A DNA stretch of 64,000 nt from Candidatus Obscuribacterales bacterium (GCA_965228855.1 CBDDIJ010000003.1:2528001-2592000); one strand, 5' to 3'; shown: positions 45,240 through 56,057, counted from the first letter of the stretch. The notes: generated from the sequence alone by a model not told the origin. Program-made: numbers and translations.

Positions 45240-46319
45240 ATGACTAAGGGGCGTCCGGGTAAAGGACAGCGTGCGCCTGGCGGATATGACAGCCGCAAAA
45301 ACGGCCGCGAGCACGACGGCGGTGCGGAGCGTCGCGAGAGAAAAGACTTCGGCAGAAATAGTTCAGACGCCGGTTCCAGCAGAGAGCGGGGCGGGAGTTT
45401 CAAACGAGAGCGCGGAAGCGAGAGTTTCAATCGCGGCGAGCGCGACAGGGATAATTTTGACCGAGAGCGCGGAGGAGCGAATCACCATCGGGACAACGAT
45501 GAAAGTGGTCAGCGAGATTTATTGGTGTTTGGAAAAAATACGATAGTCTCCTACCTTGAACGAATGGATGAGGAAGAAGAGCCTAACGAACAGGCTCAAG
45601 AGATCAATAAAATTTTTCTGGCAGAAGGCGGCGTCCTCGATGAGCGAGTTCGAAAAATAAAACACCTGGCCGGAAAACTTGGAATCCCCGTCGTCAACTG
45701 CCACTCCGCCAAGCTCGACAACATGGTTCCACACGACAGCCGGCATCAGGGAGTGGTCGCTCAGATCAGCCCCATCAAACTGCTTGATTTTGCAGAATGG
45801 CTTGAACGGCTGCTTTCAGACAAGGAAAACCTTGAGAGTTCCGGTAGAAACCTGGACGGTTATCTGATCGTTGCGCTCGATGGCATCGAAGATCCTCGCA
45901 ATGTAGGCGCTATCATCCGCTCGGCAGAGTCGCAGGGCGTGAAAGCAATCTTGATACCTGAGCGGCGCGCGGCACAGGTAACGGATACCGTAGCAAAAAC
46001 AAGTGCTGGTGCGATTGCGCACATTCCAATAGTGCGTATCGTCAATACCGTCCGCGCCCTTGAAGAATTGAAAGAACATGGCTTCTGGGTTATGGGCCTC
46101 GCGGCGGATGCTCCCCAACCTCTATATAGGATGGACCTCAAAAGACCGCTTGTCATCGTGGTCGGCAGCGAGGGAAAAGGTTTACGACCGCTAGTCGTTT
46201 CAACCTGCGACTTGATGGGCTCGATTCCCCTGCCGGGCAAAACGGAATCACTAAATGCTTCGGTCGCTTTGGGAATAGCCGTATATGAGGCAGTAAGACA
46301 AAACACATCCAATATTTAG
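45240..46319 (+). CDS. rlmB: 23S rRNA (guanosine-2251-2'-O)-methyltransferase, SPOUT family
   Basis: HQGVVA, LDGIEDPRNVGAIIRSA, KTSAGA, VVGSEGKGLR, IPLPGKTESLNASVALGIAVYE; alternative ATG at 45219. Confidence 0.92.
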   Translation: MTKGRPGKGQRAPGGYDSRKNGREHDGGAERRERKDFGRNSSDAGSSRERGGSFKRERGSESFNRGERDRDNFDRERGGANHHRDNDESGQRDLLVFGKNTIVSYLERMDEEEEPNEQAQEINKIFLAEGGVLDERVRKIKHLAGKLGIPVVNCHSAKLDNMVPHDSRHQGVVAQISPIKLLDFAEWLERLLSDKENLESSGRNLDGYLIVALDGIEDPRNVGAIIRSAESQGVKAILIPERRAAQVTDTVAKTSAGAIAHIPIVRIVNTVRALEELKEHGFWVMGLAADAPQPLYRMDLKRPLVIVVGSEGKGLRPLVVSTCDLMGSIPLPGKTESLNASVALGIAVYEAVRQNTSNI

Positions 46320-46357
46320 CAACGTGAACAGGCAAGGGTTTCCAGTAGCCTCGAAAA

Positions 46358-46387
46358 TTGACACGTGGGATGAAACATCTGTAGAAT
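46358..46387 (+). promoter_or_regulatory. Sigma70 promoter of the tRNA-tuf operon
   Basis: TTGACA (46358-46363), 18-nt spacer, TAGAAT (46382-46387), 24 nt upstream of the first tRNA. Confidence 0.75.
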
Positions 46388-46411
46388 GCCTGTTTACGTC
46401 GTAATTGCCGG

Positions 46412-46483
46412 GCCGGTGTAGCTCAACGGCAGAGCAACGGTTTTGTAAACCGTAGGTTGCGGGTTCGAATCCCATCACCGGCT
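46412..46483 (+). tRNA. trnT: tRNA-Thr(UGU)
   Basis: Cloverleaf GCCGGTG/CACCGGC, anticodon arm ACGGT-TTTGTAA-ACCGT, T-loop TTCGAAT. Confidence 0.96.
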
Positions 46484-46488
46484 CTTAG

Positions 46489-46571
46489 GGGCAGATGTCC
46501 GAGTGGCTAAAGGAGACGGGCTGTAAACTCGTTGGCGTAAGCCTACGCTGGTTCGAATCCAGCTCTGCCCA
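46489..46571 (+). tRNA. trnY: tRNA-Tyr(GUA)
   Basis: GGGCAGA/TCTGCCC acceptor stem, anticodon loop CTGTAAA, long variable arm, T-loop TTCGAAT. Confidence 0.96.
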
Positions 46572-46580
46572 TATTTCGAC

Positions 46581-46657
46581 ACCTGCTGTCTTTCACTCAG
46601 ACAGCAGGTTTAGTTACGCTTCTCGCTTGACAATTCACTTATCAAGCGAGAAACGTA
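46581..46657 (+). other. Two tandem stem-loops in the tRNA-Tyr to tRNA-Thr spacer
   Basis: ACCTGCTGTCT-N7-AGACAGCAGGT and TTCTCGCTTGA-N11-TCAAGCGAGAA. Confidence 0.7.
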
Positions 46658-46728
46658 CCAAATAGTTAAATTAACTTGTGCCGAATCAAACTATTGGAGA
46701 AAAATCGCGAAATAATGATAGGCGCTTC

Positions 46729-46803
46729 GCCCACGTAGCTTAGCGGTAGAGCACCCCCTTGGTAAGGGGGAGGTCACCAGTTCAATCCTGGTCGTGGGCT
46801 CCA
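46729..46803 (+). tRNA. trnT: tRNA-Thr(GGU), CCA encoded
   Basis: GCCCACG/CGTGGGC stem, anticodon arm CCCCC-TTGGTAA-GGGGG, T-loop TTCAATC, terminal TCCA. Confidence 0.96.
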
Positions 46804-46919
46804 TTTTAAACGAGATGTCGCTGAGAAACCTGGTTCGGCGAGTTCGAAGTCAAAGTTCCAGGTATCGGTTCAAAGTTAAGTTCAGTTAGGTCAGACGTTT
46901 AGTTAAGGAGATAGCAGGG

Positions 46920-48104
46920 ATGGCCCGCGCAAAATACGAAAGAAACAAGCCAAACGTCAACGTGGGAACCATCGGGCACGTTGACCACGGTAAAACAACC
47001 CTCACAGCAGCGATCACCAAGATTCTCGCTGAGAAGGGTCAAGCAAAATATAAGAAGTACGACGAAATCGATGCTGCTCCAGAAGAGAAAGCTCGTGGTA
47101 TCACTATCAATACCGCTCACGTCGAATACGAAACCGAAAACCGTCACTACAGTCACGTAGACTGCCCAGGACACGCCGACTACATCAAAAACATGATCAC
47201 CGGCGCTGCTCAAATGGACGGAGCTATCCTCGTTGTCTCTGCCAACGACGGACCGATGCCTCAGACCCGTGAGCACATCCTGCTCGCCCGTCAGGTAGGC
47301 GTACCGCACATCGTCGTGTTCCTCAACAAATGCGACATGGTTGACGATCCGGAACTTCTCGACCTCGTCGAAATCGAAGCTCGCGAATTGCTCAGCAAGT
47401 ACGAATTCCCTGGTGACGATATTCCGATCATCCGCGGTTCCGGCTTGAAAGCACTCGAAGGCGACAAAGAATACGAAGCAGCAATCCACGAGCTCATGAA
47501 GCAAGTAGATGCTTACATCCCGACACCTGAGCGTGACATCGACAAACCGTTCTTGCTGGCTGTTGAAGACGTGTTCTCCATCACCGGTCGCGGTACCGTA
47601 GCTACGGGCCGTATCGAGCGTGGACAAGTCAAAGTTGGCGAAGAAGTCGAAATCGTTGGTCTCGGCGATACCCGTAAGACGACCGTAACCGGCGTTGAAA
47701 TGTATCAAAAGACCCTCGACAGCGGTATCGCAGGCGACAACGTCGGCGTACTTCTCCGTGGTATCGACAAAACCATGATCGAGCGTGGTCAAGTTATCGC
47801 TAAACCAGGTTCCATCAAGGCTCACACCAAGTTCGACGCTGAAGTATACGTACTCAGCAAAGAAGAAGGTGGTCGTCACACCCCGTTCTTCCCGGGCTAC
47901 AGACCTCAGTTCTACATCAGAACAACTGACGTGACCGGTTCAATCACCCTGCCGGCAGGCGTTGAAATGGTTATGCCTGGCGACAACGTCAACATGGTTG
48001 TTGAACTGATTCAACCGGTTGCTGTTGAGCAAGGGATGAGATTCGCAATCCGCGAAGGCGGCAGAACCGTCGGCGCCGGTGTTGTAGCTAAAATCATCGA
48101 GTAA
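46920..48104 (+). CDS. tuf: Elongation factor Tu
   Basis: [48 protein letters not shown]. Confidence 0.99.
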   Translation: MARAKYERNKPNVNVGTIGHVDHGKTTLTAAITKILAEKGQAKYKKYDEIDAAPEEKARGITINTAHVEYETENRHYSHVDCPGHADYIKNMITGAAQMDGAILVVSANDGPMPQTREHILLARQVGVPHIVVFLNKCDMVDDPELLDLVEIEARELLSKYEFPGDDIPIIRGSGLKALEGDKEYEAAIHELMKQVDAYIPTPERDIDKPFLLAVEDVFSITGRGTVATGRIERGQVKVGEEVEIVGLGDTRKTTVTGVEMYQKTLDSGIAGDNVGVLLRGIDKTMIERGQVIAKPGSIKAHTKFDAEVYVLSKEEGGRHTPFFPGYRPQFYIRTTDVTGSITLPAGVEMVMPGDNVNMVVELIQPVAVEQGMRFAIREGGRTVGAGVVAKIIE

Positions 48105-48142
48105 TTGAAGGCTCGCAAGAGCCATCATTCGAAAAAAACAAC

Positions 48143-48183
48143 TAAGGCTGCCGTTCTCCTGAGACCGGCAGCCTTAAACTTTG
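48143..48183 (+). terminator. Terminator after tuf
   Basis: TAAGGCTGCCG...CGGCAGCCTTA hairpin flanked by A/T-rich sequence. Confidence 0.7.
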
Positions 48184-48274
48184 AAGGCAACTGAGATATC
48201 AGCACCGTATGCAGTGACAACGCGGCGCCATCATATACGGTGCAAGGGCTGTCCACTTTCGCGAGGGTATATTT

Positions 48275-48928
48275 GTGAAACTTATAAACGAGCTTCGAAA
48301 TCAAGGCGTTTTAGCAGCTGTCGCCGTGGCTACCGACGTGGTCGTACAACCTTCAAGTGAACGCCTGAGAGCTGAGATTGAACAGTTAATCGAAGAGCGA
48401 AAATTGAATGAGTTTCCCACACCGGAGATCAAAGATGCGGTTCGCAACTTGTTAAAAGCCGGTGGTTTCAAACCTAGCGGACGCAACAAACCAGCAAGCG
48501 AGTATCTCGCTCAAGCAGCCCGAGAGGGTCGCTTCCCGTTTATAAACAACCTCGTGGACATCAACAATTTGATATCCCTTCGAACAGGACTGCCAATCAG
48601 CTTGCTCGATAAAGAAGCGATCGGAGAAAGCCTGCGCCTTCGATTCGGGCGCGAGGCAGAGCGTTATGTGTTCAATTCCGGTGGTCAAGAGATTGAGCTA
48701 AAGGGGCTGATTTGCGCCTGCAACGGGGATAAGGACGAACCATTAGGCAATGCCGTGAAGGACTCAATGACGGGCAAAATCAAAGAGCATACGAAAGACG
48801 TAGCAGCGATTATCTATGCCCCGAGCGGTGGTGAGTTGGCACGAGTCGCCAGGGACCAGATACAGGTATTCGCAGACCTGCTCAGAGAAGAAGGCAAAGC
48901 AACCTCCGTAGAAACGTTCGACGCCTGA
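48275..48928 (+). CDS. Stand-alone B3/4 domain protein (PheRS beta editing-domain related)
   Basis: FKPSGRNKPASEYL and INNLVDINNLISLRTGLPISLLD motifs; GTG start. Confidence 0.85.
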   Translation: MKLINELRNQGVLAAVAVATDVVVQPSSERLRAEIEQLIEERKLNEFPTPEIKDAVRNLLKAGGFKPSGRNKPASEYLAQAAREGRFPFINNLVDINNLISLRTGLPISLLDKEAIGESLRLRFGREAERYVFNSGGQEIELKGLICACNGDKDEPLGNAVKDSMTGKIKEHTKDVAAIIYAPSGGELARVARDQIQVFADLLREEGKATSVETFDA

Positions 48929-49200
48929 CGAGCGAAGTAACGTTTGTAACTTTCGCGCGAGAAACTGTCCCAACTCTGGCGCCTGAAATAAGTGCAGCTC
49001 AGCAGTTAATATCGCTTTTCGACGCAATAATTCATGAATCTGGCAAGCTTGAATGTGGTATTTTTCTAAGCTTGCAAAAGGCTTACGATCACAAGAGATT
49101 CCTGGAAGTATCGCTCTCATCGAGCCCCGAGCAATAAAACAAACAGGACCTGGCACAGGCGTCCTGGCGTAATCCATGTGCGTAATTGCAGGAGAAATTC

Positions 49201-52200
49201 ATGAGTAAGAAAATCGTCCGAGATCGAGGTTCGTTCTCAAAAAACTGGGCTGCCGTAATTGCCGGCTCGCTGATGGTAGCGAGCACGCAGCAATCGCATG
49301 CAGCGAATGAGAACTCGTTCCGCGCCTTCAGGGACAATAACCCGAATCTCGACCGAGCAACTCAGCGTCAAATGTTCCGCGAGCAACGCGGCATAGAACG
49401 CACTCAGAACCTGGGTATACAAACACCCGCGTTGAACGTTCCAACCAACGCGCTTCCGAGCGTCGACAGCAGTTCCAGAGCTGTTCGCCAACTCGAAAGA
49501 AGACTGGAAAACAACGGCACTCGCAATCAAACGTTCCAGGCCCTCGATGGTCAGCTCGTGCGCGTCAACAAAGGCATCGACCTAGACCTCACCTCGACAA
49601 CGAGAAACATTACGCTCGGCAGCAATCTCTTCAACAACGCTACCGAACTAACCATCAAAGTCGGCGGAAATGAGAAAACGGTTTCCGCAGGCGATCAAGT
49701 TTCCGCAGCAGAATACGTTGCAGTTAAACAGCTGTTATCCGGCGGCGGACAGAAAGTCCAGCTCGATGCACAAGGTCGCGCAACAGGCGGCGATGTCGAC
49801 CTCAGCGTTCTCACGAACGGCAACGACACCATGCGCGCCTCCGATCTGGTCGTCCCAGTTAATGTCACCGCCATTGGTGACTTCGGCAGAGGCAGCGACT
49901 TCAGATTGCTCGGCGATTTGAATAACAGCGGTACCGTCCACGCTCTCACGACAGGCGTTCGCAAAAACAGCGGCGGCGCGCTCAGAGCCGACGACATCAT
50001 CAACAACTCAGGCGCATTGATTCAATCGGATGTATCCAATTTGCTCGTCGATGCATCGGGTAATTTCGTCAATGCAGGAACGATTTCCGCAAACGGAAAC
50101 ATCACACTTCAAGCTGGTGGTTCACTCACAAACTCCGGCAGCGTGAGCGCATCCGGCGATGTCGGCATCAATTCGAACAACGTTACGAACACTGGCACCA
50201 TCGCTTCGACAACAGGTGACGTCAACTTTAATGGCGCAGACACAGCGGCATTGCTGATCAACAACGCAGGTGGGACGGTCAGCGCAGAACGAGGCGCCAT
50301 CAACTTCCGCAGCGAAGCCTACACCGGCGCGTTCGACAACAACATCAACGGCGGTGACTTCGTCAGCAAAACATTCAACACTCACTCAGGCCTGGGAACA
50401 AGTTATGTCAACGTGAACCAGCTAACTGGAACCGTTAACCAAACTGGCGCTGCAGCTCACGTTCAAGCAGCAACCGAAAATCTGGAAATCGGCACGGTCT
50501 GCTTGACCGGAGACCCAACGTATCGCAACACCATGGGCAGTATCACTGTCGCCGGCGATATCACCGTCGCAGAAGCCCTGACAATAATCGCAGAGGGTGA
50601 CATCCTTGTTAATGACGGTGTCCACCTGGATGCCGGCACCACCAACTCCGGATTCGACGTGACACTGATCGCTGGCGCTGATATCACTGGTGTCAGCGGC
50701 GGCGCCAATATTCCAACAATTCCTCCTGGTATAAGCGGTTCCGTAACCATCAACGGCAACGCTTCGACGACGGGCGGCAGCGTCCTCTTCGGAGCGAACA
50801 CAGTTATCAACACCCGTGGCACCAGCCAGGGGACTCCAGCTAATGGCGGAAACGTAAACATCTTCGCATTCGAGGGAGCTTCGGCAGGGTCCGGAAGCGT
50901 CGACATGGGCGGCACCACTGTCCGAACAGCAGGTCGCGTCTCGGGAACCAACGGAAACGTCACCATCGTAGCTGGCGCATCCACCGGTAACTCAATAGTC
51001 ATTGGACAACTGATTACTGATCAAGGCGGTGCCGGCACCGGTTCCAACATCTCAATCAGCAGTGCGCAGCCCATCTCAAGTGGTGGTCAAATTACTTGGA
51101 ACGCGAACGGTCAGCGCACTACCGCTGCAGAACTCATAGCCTCCGCGGATACGAGAAACGGTAACGTGATTTTCGCAGGCGGTCAGGTCGTGGCTAACGA
51201 CACCATCACCGTGCAAACGGGTGGAAATATCACCCTGACAAACACAACCGACATAGCGACGAACACCGGCTCCGGTTTCGTTTACCTCGCCTCCGGCGGT
51301 ACTCTAACCGGCGATGCAAACTCGCAGGTCGCAGGCGAGAACATCTATCTCTTTGCCAATGGCAACATCGGCGCCTCCGGTACACCATTCGTGGTTCAAG
51401 CTAACAACTTGAACGTCGAGTCCACCACAGGAAGTGCGTACATACATAATGAATTAGGCGGCGTCATTCTCACAAACGGCAACCAACAGGTCGCCGGAGA
51501 CTTCGTCCTAAGCTCAATCGGCAACATTGCCGTGCGTTCCAACATCATCGCTACGAACGTCAGCTTGTCCGCCGGAAATAATTTGACATTCAATGCGCAA
51601 GGTCACATCAACGCTAGCGGCACAGTCGACCTTTCTGCTGTAAATTCGATTACAGCAAATGCCAACTCGACAGTAAGCGGAACTGAGCTGACGATCAACT
51701 TCTCGACTGGCACCCTGGATCTCAAAACGAACGTCGACGGTCTCACGGTGACGGCCGGTGATTTCGTCAGTGTCCATAACGCGAAATCGTTGACCATTCA
51801 TGATGTAACTTTGCTCAATAACTTCAGCGCCGATACGACAGCTGCAGGAGATCTCACTCTCGATGGCGACATCAACGTCACTCAAGTATCGCTCGCAAAC
51901 GCGAACGGCAACATAGTTCTGGACGGTGATATCAGCGCGGCCCAGGTCGCTCTAAGTGCACTGGGCGGTCCTGGTGCCATCGACCGCGTCAGCGGTTCGA
52001 TCTCGGCAGGCGGCTTGAGCATTCTGGCGGGCGACGGCGGCGTCGGTATGACAGGAGCGCTCGATATCAGCGCAGCCAACACGATTAACGTAAACTCTAC
52101 GACCACTGGAGCTGACGTCAATCTCGTATATAGCGGAACCGGCATCACTAACCTGATCGGTGCGAATGATATTTTCGGTGACTTCAGTCTCGAAGCAAAG

Positions 52201-55200
52201 CAAGCATCGACACTTGGTTTCGGCGTGGGCTCCAGCCTCAGCGCCACAGGTTCCATCTACATCAATACCGGTAACATCAACCTCAATGGCGCTCTGGTTT
52301 CCGGAAACGCCGGCATCACCTTTATCGGAGACACCGACCTCGTTGTTGATGGCACCGTCGGCGGTAGCAGTTTGAGTTCCAACGCCGGTAACTCGATCTC
52401 CTTTATCTCGGCGAACGGCAACCTAACCACCAATGGACTGCTCAACTTTACCGGCGGTAACGCTGTGATGACGTTGCAGAATAACAACGGTGTAAACTCG
52501 TTCACAAACAACGGTACGCTCAACGGCGATACGATGAACGACCTGATCATCACAGCGAAAGTCTACAACGCGAATGGCACGGTCCAAAATTTCGCGAACA
52601 CGATCATCATAGAAGGAAACACAATCGCCAACTCCAACGGCGACGTGGTTCTTCCCAGCAACTTGATCTTCAATGGTCAGGACCTTGCAATCATCGCGTC
52701 GGGCAATATTACAGGAACGCTGACTGAAATCAACCTCGGCTCCGGCACCGGAGCTGGTGGCAACCTCACTATCCTCGCGGGCGTCGCATTCACACCAGCA
52801 ACGATTGGACAGATTCAATCAGCCGATCCATTCACGATCACGACAGCTAGTTCATCCGGCGGCAAAATCGATCTGGGAAGTGCCAACATCATCACCAGCA
52901 GTACCGTCGGTAATGGCGGTAATGTAGTGATGGCTGCTTTCGCAGGAGCGAATGCCAGTTTATCAACGATTACCGTCGGCGGAATTGATACACAGGCAGC
53001 GACTGGGTTCACCAGTGGTTCCGTAACAATTATCGCTCCTGGCAATATCAGTACTGCAGCTATCAATACGGGCTCAACGAGCAAAAACGGCGTAATAACC
53101 GTGAATGCCGCTAGACCCGGATTGAACGGAAATATCGTCGTGACCAATGGCTCTGCGACCGGCTTAAACAACCTGTTTGCAGAAGCGTTTGCTGCCGGCG
53201 GCATTGACGTCGGTCCAATGAGCGCTTTAACCGCCAACTTGAGTTCGACCACAGGCAACATCGCGACTACCGGTACGAGTGGAAACCTAACGAACTTGAA
53301 TGTGACGACTACCTCGGGTAACTTCGACAGCTCAGGCTTTGTTTACACAGTCTCCAATGCCGTGTTTAACTCGAACTCCGGTAACTTTACAGTTACCGGA
53401 CTGAACTATCAAAATCTGACTTCTAATGTTGACACCGGAACTGTGTCGGTCACGAACAACCAGATAACTCTGATTGTGCAAGGAGCGACGGGTTCGGCTC
53501 AGAACCTCATACTCGGCGGAGCAACCTCCGGCGTACGAATCGATGGTCCTATAGATCTCGGAACTGGTGATTTAACAGTCACAAGTCAGAGCATCGCGTC
53601 TAATGCTATCGAAGTAAACGGCACAATCAACGCGAACAACATCTCGATGAGTACCAGTATCGGAAGTGGCAGCATCGCCCTCAACGAAACGATAACTGGA
53701 GCCGGCACCATCACGCTGACTTCGGTCGGCACTATCGATCAGCTATCTGGCAAGACCATAAACGGCGGAGACCTGATCGTCAGTGAAGCGACGTCGACGA
53801 TGGCGGGGCTCGCTCTGGCTGTCAGCTCTCTGCAATTGAACAGTGCAACGGACTTCGTTTTCACCCAAACCGGTAACCTGGAACTGCGTTCGCTCAACGC
53901 CAACTCAGTGACTGGCACCGTATTCGGTGGCAACGTCACAACCGGTGCCGCCATCACTGTTCCGACTCTGGATCTGGCGGTGGTGAATGGCGGTGTGACA
54001 ATTTCCCACGCAATCACGGCGTCGACGCTGTTTAAGGTCTCAGCGGCAAATAACATCACCACGGCAGGCAGCGGTTTAATCACAACCGCGAAACTGGATC
54101 TGGTGAGCGATACCGGTAGCATCGGCACCAGCGGTTCTCTGCTGGCGATCAACAGCCCTGACCTCGACATCACGGCGACAACGGGCAATGTGTACATCAG
54201 CAATGCCAACGCCACGGCTACTGAATTGTTCACGCTCGAAACCACGGGTGTGGTCCAGATCGAGACGGTCGGTACACTGGAGAGCACTCGCCCGATAACA
54301 GGCTCGACTGTCACGTTGAAAGCGTCAGGATTCACCCTGATTGGCCCAGTCACAGCCACAGCCTTGATCGATATAAATCAAACTGCTGGCGACATAACAC
54401 TCGCTGAGTTTTCCGGCGGCCTGACCGGCACGGCTCTGAGATTGAATGCCACCGCAGGTAAGGTCGGCTCGAGCGCAACCCCATTTGCTGCTGTAGCTGG
54501 TTTCAACACCATCTCGGCATTCGGCAATGCGGTCTATGTCACCAGCGCGAACACCACTGGTGTCACGCTCTCGGGTGGTCTGGCCAACGGTGCTGTCGGC
54601 GCCGGCGACTTCGAGTTCAGAACAACCGGACCGCTCACCGTTTCCGGCAACGTCGAATCGACGAATGGCGCAATCCTGTTGCAAAATACAGCCGGTCTGT
54701 TGCAGATCGGAGCAGGTATCACCATCCTCGGTGACACAGCGATCAATATCACCAACACCGGTAGCGTCGATGAAGTCGATAGAATCGCAATCGGTGCAAA
54801 CGCAACGATTATGACCGACACAACGACCAAGACTGGTGGAGCTGGACAAATCAACATCGTTCAAGGCGTACCTGCGACCGGAAAGGTTCGCAAAAACATC
54901 AAGAACGTCGTTCAAAACCTCCAGGGTGGTGGCACGATTCTGTTCGGCGGATCGAAAGCATCGTATATCGCTCAAGCCCCGGATAACGTCTTCAACGCAA
55001 TCGGCGCAAACATATACTTCAGCACCGACCAAAGTAAGAAAGACGGGGGCTTGACAATCGGCGGTGGTGTCACAATCACAGCTGACCCGCCGGTGCCGGC
55101 AGGTTCCGCGACCATCAGCTATGGTGTGAGAAACGCAGCTCCCACAACGTTGGAACTGAATGCGACCCAACCGGTTAACGCGGACACCGCAAACATCGCT

Positions 55201-55989
55201 AACGTTTCTCTCGTTAACGCAGTCAACGCACCAGCAGTGACCTTCAATCAAGCACAAAACAGCATCGCTAACAGCTTGCTCAACCTGGCCACGAACGATG
55301 CTAGATTGCCTGGACTGGTTAGCGATTCCAGCGACAACTCCTATATCGTTTCAACCCAACCGTCGACTTTCGAAGTTGATGCGCCGGTCTGCAGCGATAT
55401 GAACATTGCCATCACCGGCGGTGCAGCAGGAATGGCTGGAACTAAGGGAATTGCAACGATGCCACACAGCGAGATCGTCACACTGAACAACGGAAACGCT
55501 CTGTTCGTTCCTTCCAAGGACACGACAGTCGTCACTCCGAAAGGCACTGTGAAGCTTGCTGCGAACTCGGTTGCGATGGTTATGGTCGATGAGAACCAGT
55601 TGTCGGTTTACGACATCAACGATCACCACAAACGCAGCGTCACGATTGAAGCAGGTGGACGATCCATCGCGCTCTCTCCCGGTCGCCACGTTTCGATCGC
55701 AAGTGTTCGCGCCGCTCAGTTCTCCGACGTCAACCCGCTGGAAGCAATGATGCACAGATCGGTTTCATCTCAAGAAATCGGCGACAAGACAGCCTTCACG
55801 AGCGAATTCTCAATGCCGGCAGCAGTTCAAGTAATGAAACCGCTGAAAGCCATCTTCGCTTCCGACAACGAGAACGCCAAGAAAGTTGCGCAACGCGTTT
55901 TGAAAACATCTGCGGTCATCATGCAAGTTTCCGGCAACACGGCTCCGTTCGAGCACCACGTTCGTCCACGCAGAGTGGCGTTCAACTAA
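49201..55989 (+). CDS. Large secreted filamentous-hemagglutinin-like beta-helix adhesin (~2262 aa) with C-terminal beta-sandwich domain
   Basis: ATG at 49201 after GGAG; signal-peptide-like N-terminus ending SHA-A; G/N/T-rich repeats (GGNVNI, AGGNLTILAG, GNITLQAGGSLTN). Confidence 0.88.
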   Translation: MSKKIVRDRGSFSKNWAAVIAGSLMVASTQQSHAANENSFRAFRDNNPNLDRATQRQMFREQRGIERTQNLGIQTPALNVPTNALPSVDSSSRAVRQLERRLENNGTRNQTFQALDGQLVRVNKGIDLDLTSTTRNITLGSNLFNNATELTIKVGGNEKTVSAGDQVSAAEYVAVKQLLSGGGQKVQLDAQGRATGGDVDLSVLTNGNDTMRASDLVVPVNVTAIGDFGRGSDFRLLGDLNNSGTVHALTTGVRKNSGGALRADDIINNSGALIQSDVSNLLVDASGNFVNAGTISANGNITLQAGGSLTNSGSVSASGDVGINSNNVTNTGTIASTTGDVNFNGADTAALLINNAGGTVSAERGAINFRSEAYTGAFDNNINGGDFVSKTFNTHSGLGTSYVNVNQLTGTVNQTGAAAHVQAATENLEIGTVCLTGDPTYRNTMGSITVAGDITVAEALTIIAEGDILVNDGVHLDAGTTNSGFDVTLIAGADITGVSGGANIPTIPPGISGSVTINGNASTTGGSVLFGANTVINTRGTSQGTPANGGNVNIFAFEGASAGSGSVDMGGTTVRTAGRVSGTNGNVTIVAGASTGNSIVIGQLITDQGGAGTGSNISISSAQPISSGGQITWNANGQRTTAAELIASADTRNGNVIFAGGQVVANDTITVQTGGNITLTNTTDIATNTGSGFVYLASGGTLTGDANSQVAGENIYLFANGNIGASGTPFVVQANNLNVESTTGSAYIHNELGGVILTNGNQQVAGDFVLSSIGNIAVRSNIIATNVSLSAGNNLTFNAQGHINASGTVDLSAVNSITANANSTVSGTELTINFSTGTLDLKTNVDGLTVTAGDFVSVHNAKSLTIHDVTLLNNFSADTTAAGDLTLDGDINVTQVSLANANGNIVLDGDISAAQVALSALGGPGAIDRVSGSISAGGLSILAGDGGVGMTGALDISAANTINVNSTTTGADVNLVYSGTGITNLIGANDIFGDFSLEAKQASTLGFGVGSSLSATGSIYINTGNINLNGALVSGNAGITFIGDTDLVVDGTVGGSSLSSNAGNSISFISANGNLTTNGLLNFTGGNAVMTLQNNNGVNSFTNNGTLNGDTMNDLIITAKVYNANGTVQNFANTIIIEGNTIANSNGDVVLPSNLIFNGQDLAIIASGNITGTLTEINLGSGTGAGGNLTILAGVAFTPATIGQIQSADPFTITTASSSGGKIDLGSANIITSSTVGNGGNVVMAAFAGANASLSTITVGGIDTQAATGFTSGSVTIIAPGNISTAAINTGSTSKNGVITVNAARPGLNGNIVVTNGSATGLNNLFAEAFAAGGIDVGPMSALTANLSSTTGNIATTGTSGNLTNLNVTTTSGNFDSSGFVYTVSNAVFNSNSGNFTVTGLNYQNLTSNVDTGTVSVTNNQITLIVQGATGSAQNLILGGATSGVRIDGPIDLGTGDLTVTSQSIASNAIEVNGTINANNISMSTSIGSGSIALNETITGAGTITLTSVGTIDQLSGKTINGGDLIVSEATSTMAGLALAVSSLQLNSATDFVFTQTGNLELRSLNANSVTGTVFGGNVTTGAAITVPTLDLAVVNGGVTISHAITASTLFKVSAANNITTAGSGLITTAKLDLVSDTGSIGTSGSLLAINSPDLDITATTGNVYISNANATATELFTLETTGVVQIETVGTLESTRPITGSTVTLKASGFTLIGPVTATALIDINQTAGDITLAEFSGGLTGTALRLNATAGKVGSSATPFAAVAGFNTISAFGNAVYVTSANTTGVTLSGGLANGAVGAGDFEFRTTGPLTVSGNVESTNGAILLQNTAGLLQIGAGITILGDTAINITNTGSVDEVDRIAIGANATIMTDTTTKTGGAGQINIVQGVPATGKVRKNIKNVVQNLQGGGTILFGGSKASYIAQAPDNVFNAIGANIYFSTDQSKKDGGLTIGGGVTITADPPVPAGSATISYGVRNAAPTTLELNATQPVNADTANIANVSLVNAVNAPAVTFNQAQNSIANSLLNLATNDARLPGLVSDSSDNSYIVSTQPSTFEVDAPVCSDMNIAITGGAAGMAGTKGIATMPHSEIVTLNNGNALFVPSKDTTVVTPKGTVKLAANSVAMVMVDENQLSVYDINDHHKRSVTIEAGGRSIALSPGRHVSIASVRAAQFSDVNPLEAMMHRSVSSQEIGDKTAFTSEFSMPAAVQVMKPLKAIFASDNENAKKVAQRVLKTSAVIMQVSGNTAPFEHHVRPRRVAFN

Positions 55990-56057
55990 AGATGAACTCT
56001 GAATGTTTCAATCGACTGCCAAACGCAGTTTATTGACACGCAGAAATTATCGAATTG

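Noticed and set aside
46627..46632. TTGACA inside the tRNA spacer as an internal tuf promoter
   Set aside because: No matching -10 hexamer at 16-18 nt; it is part of a hairpin arm.
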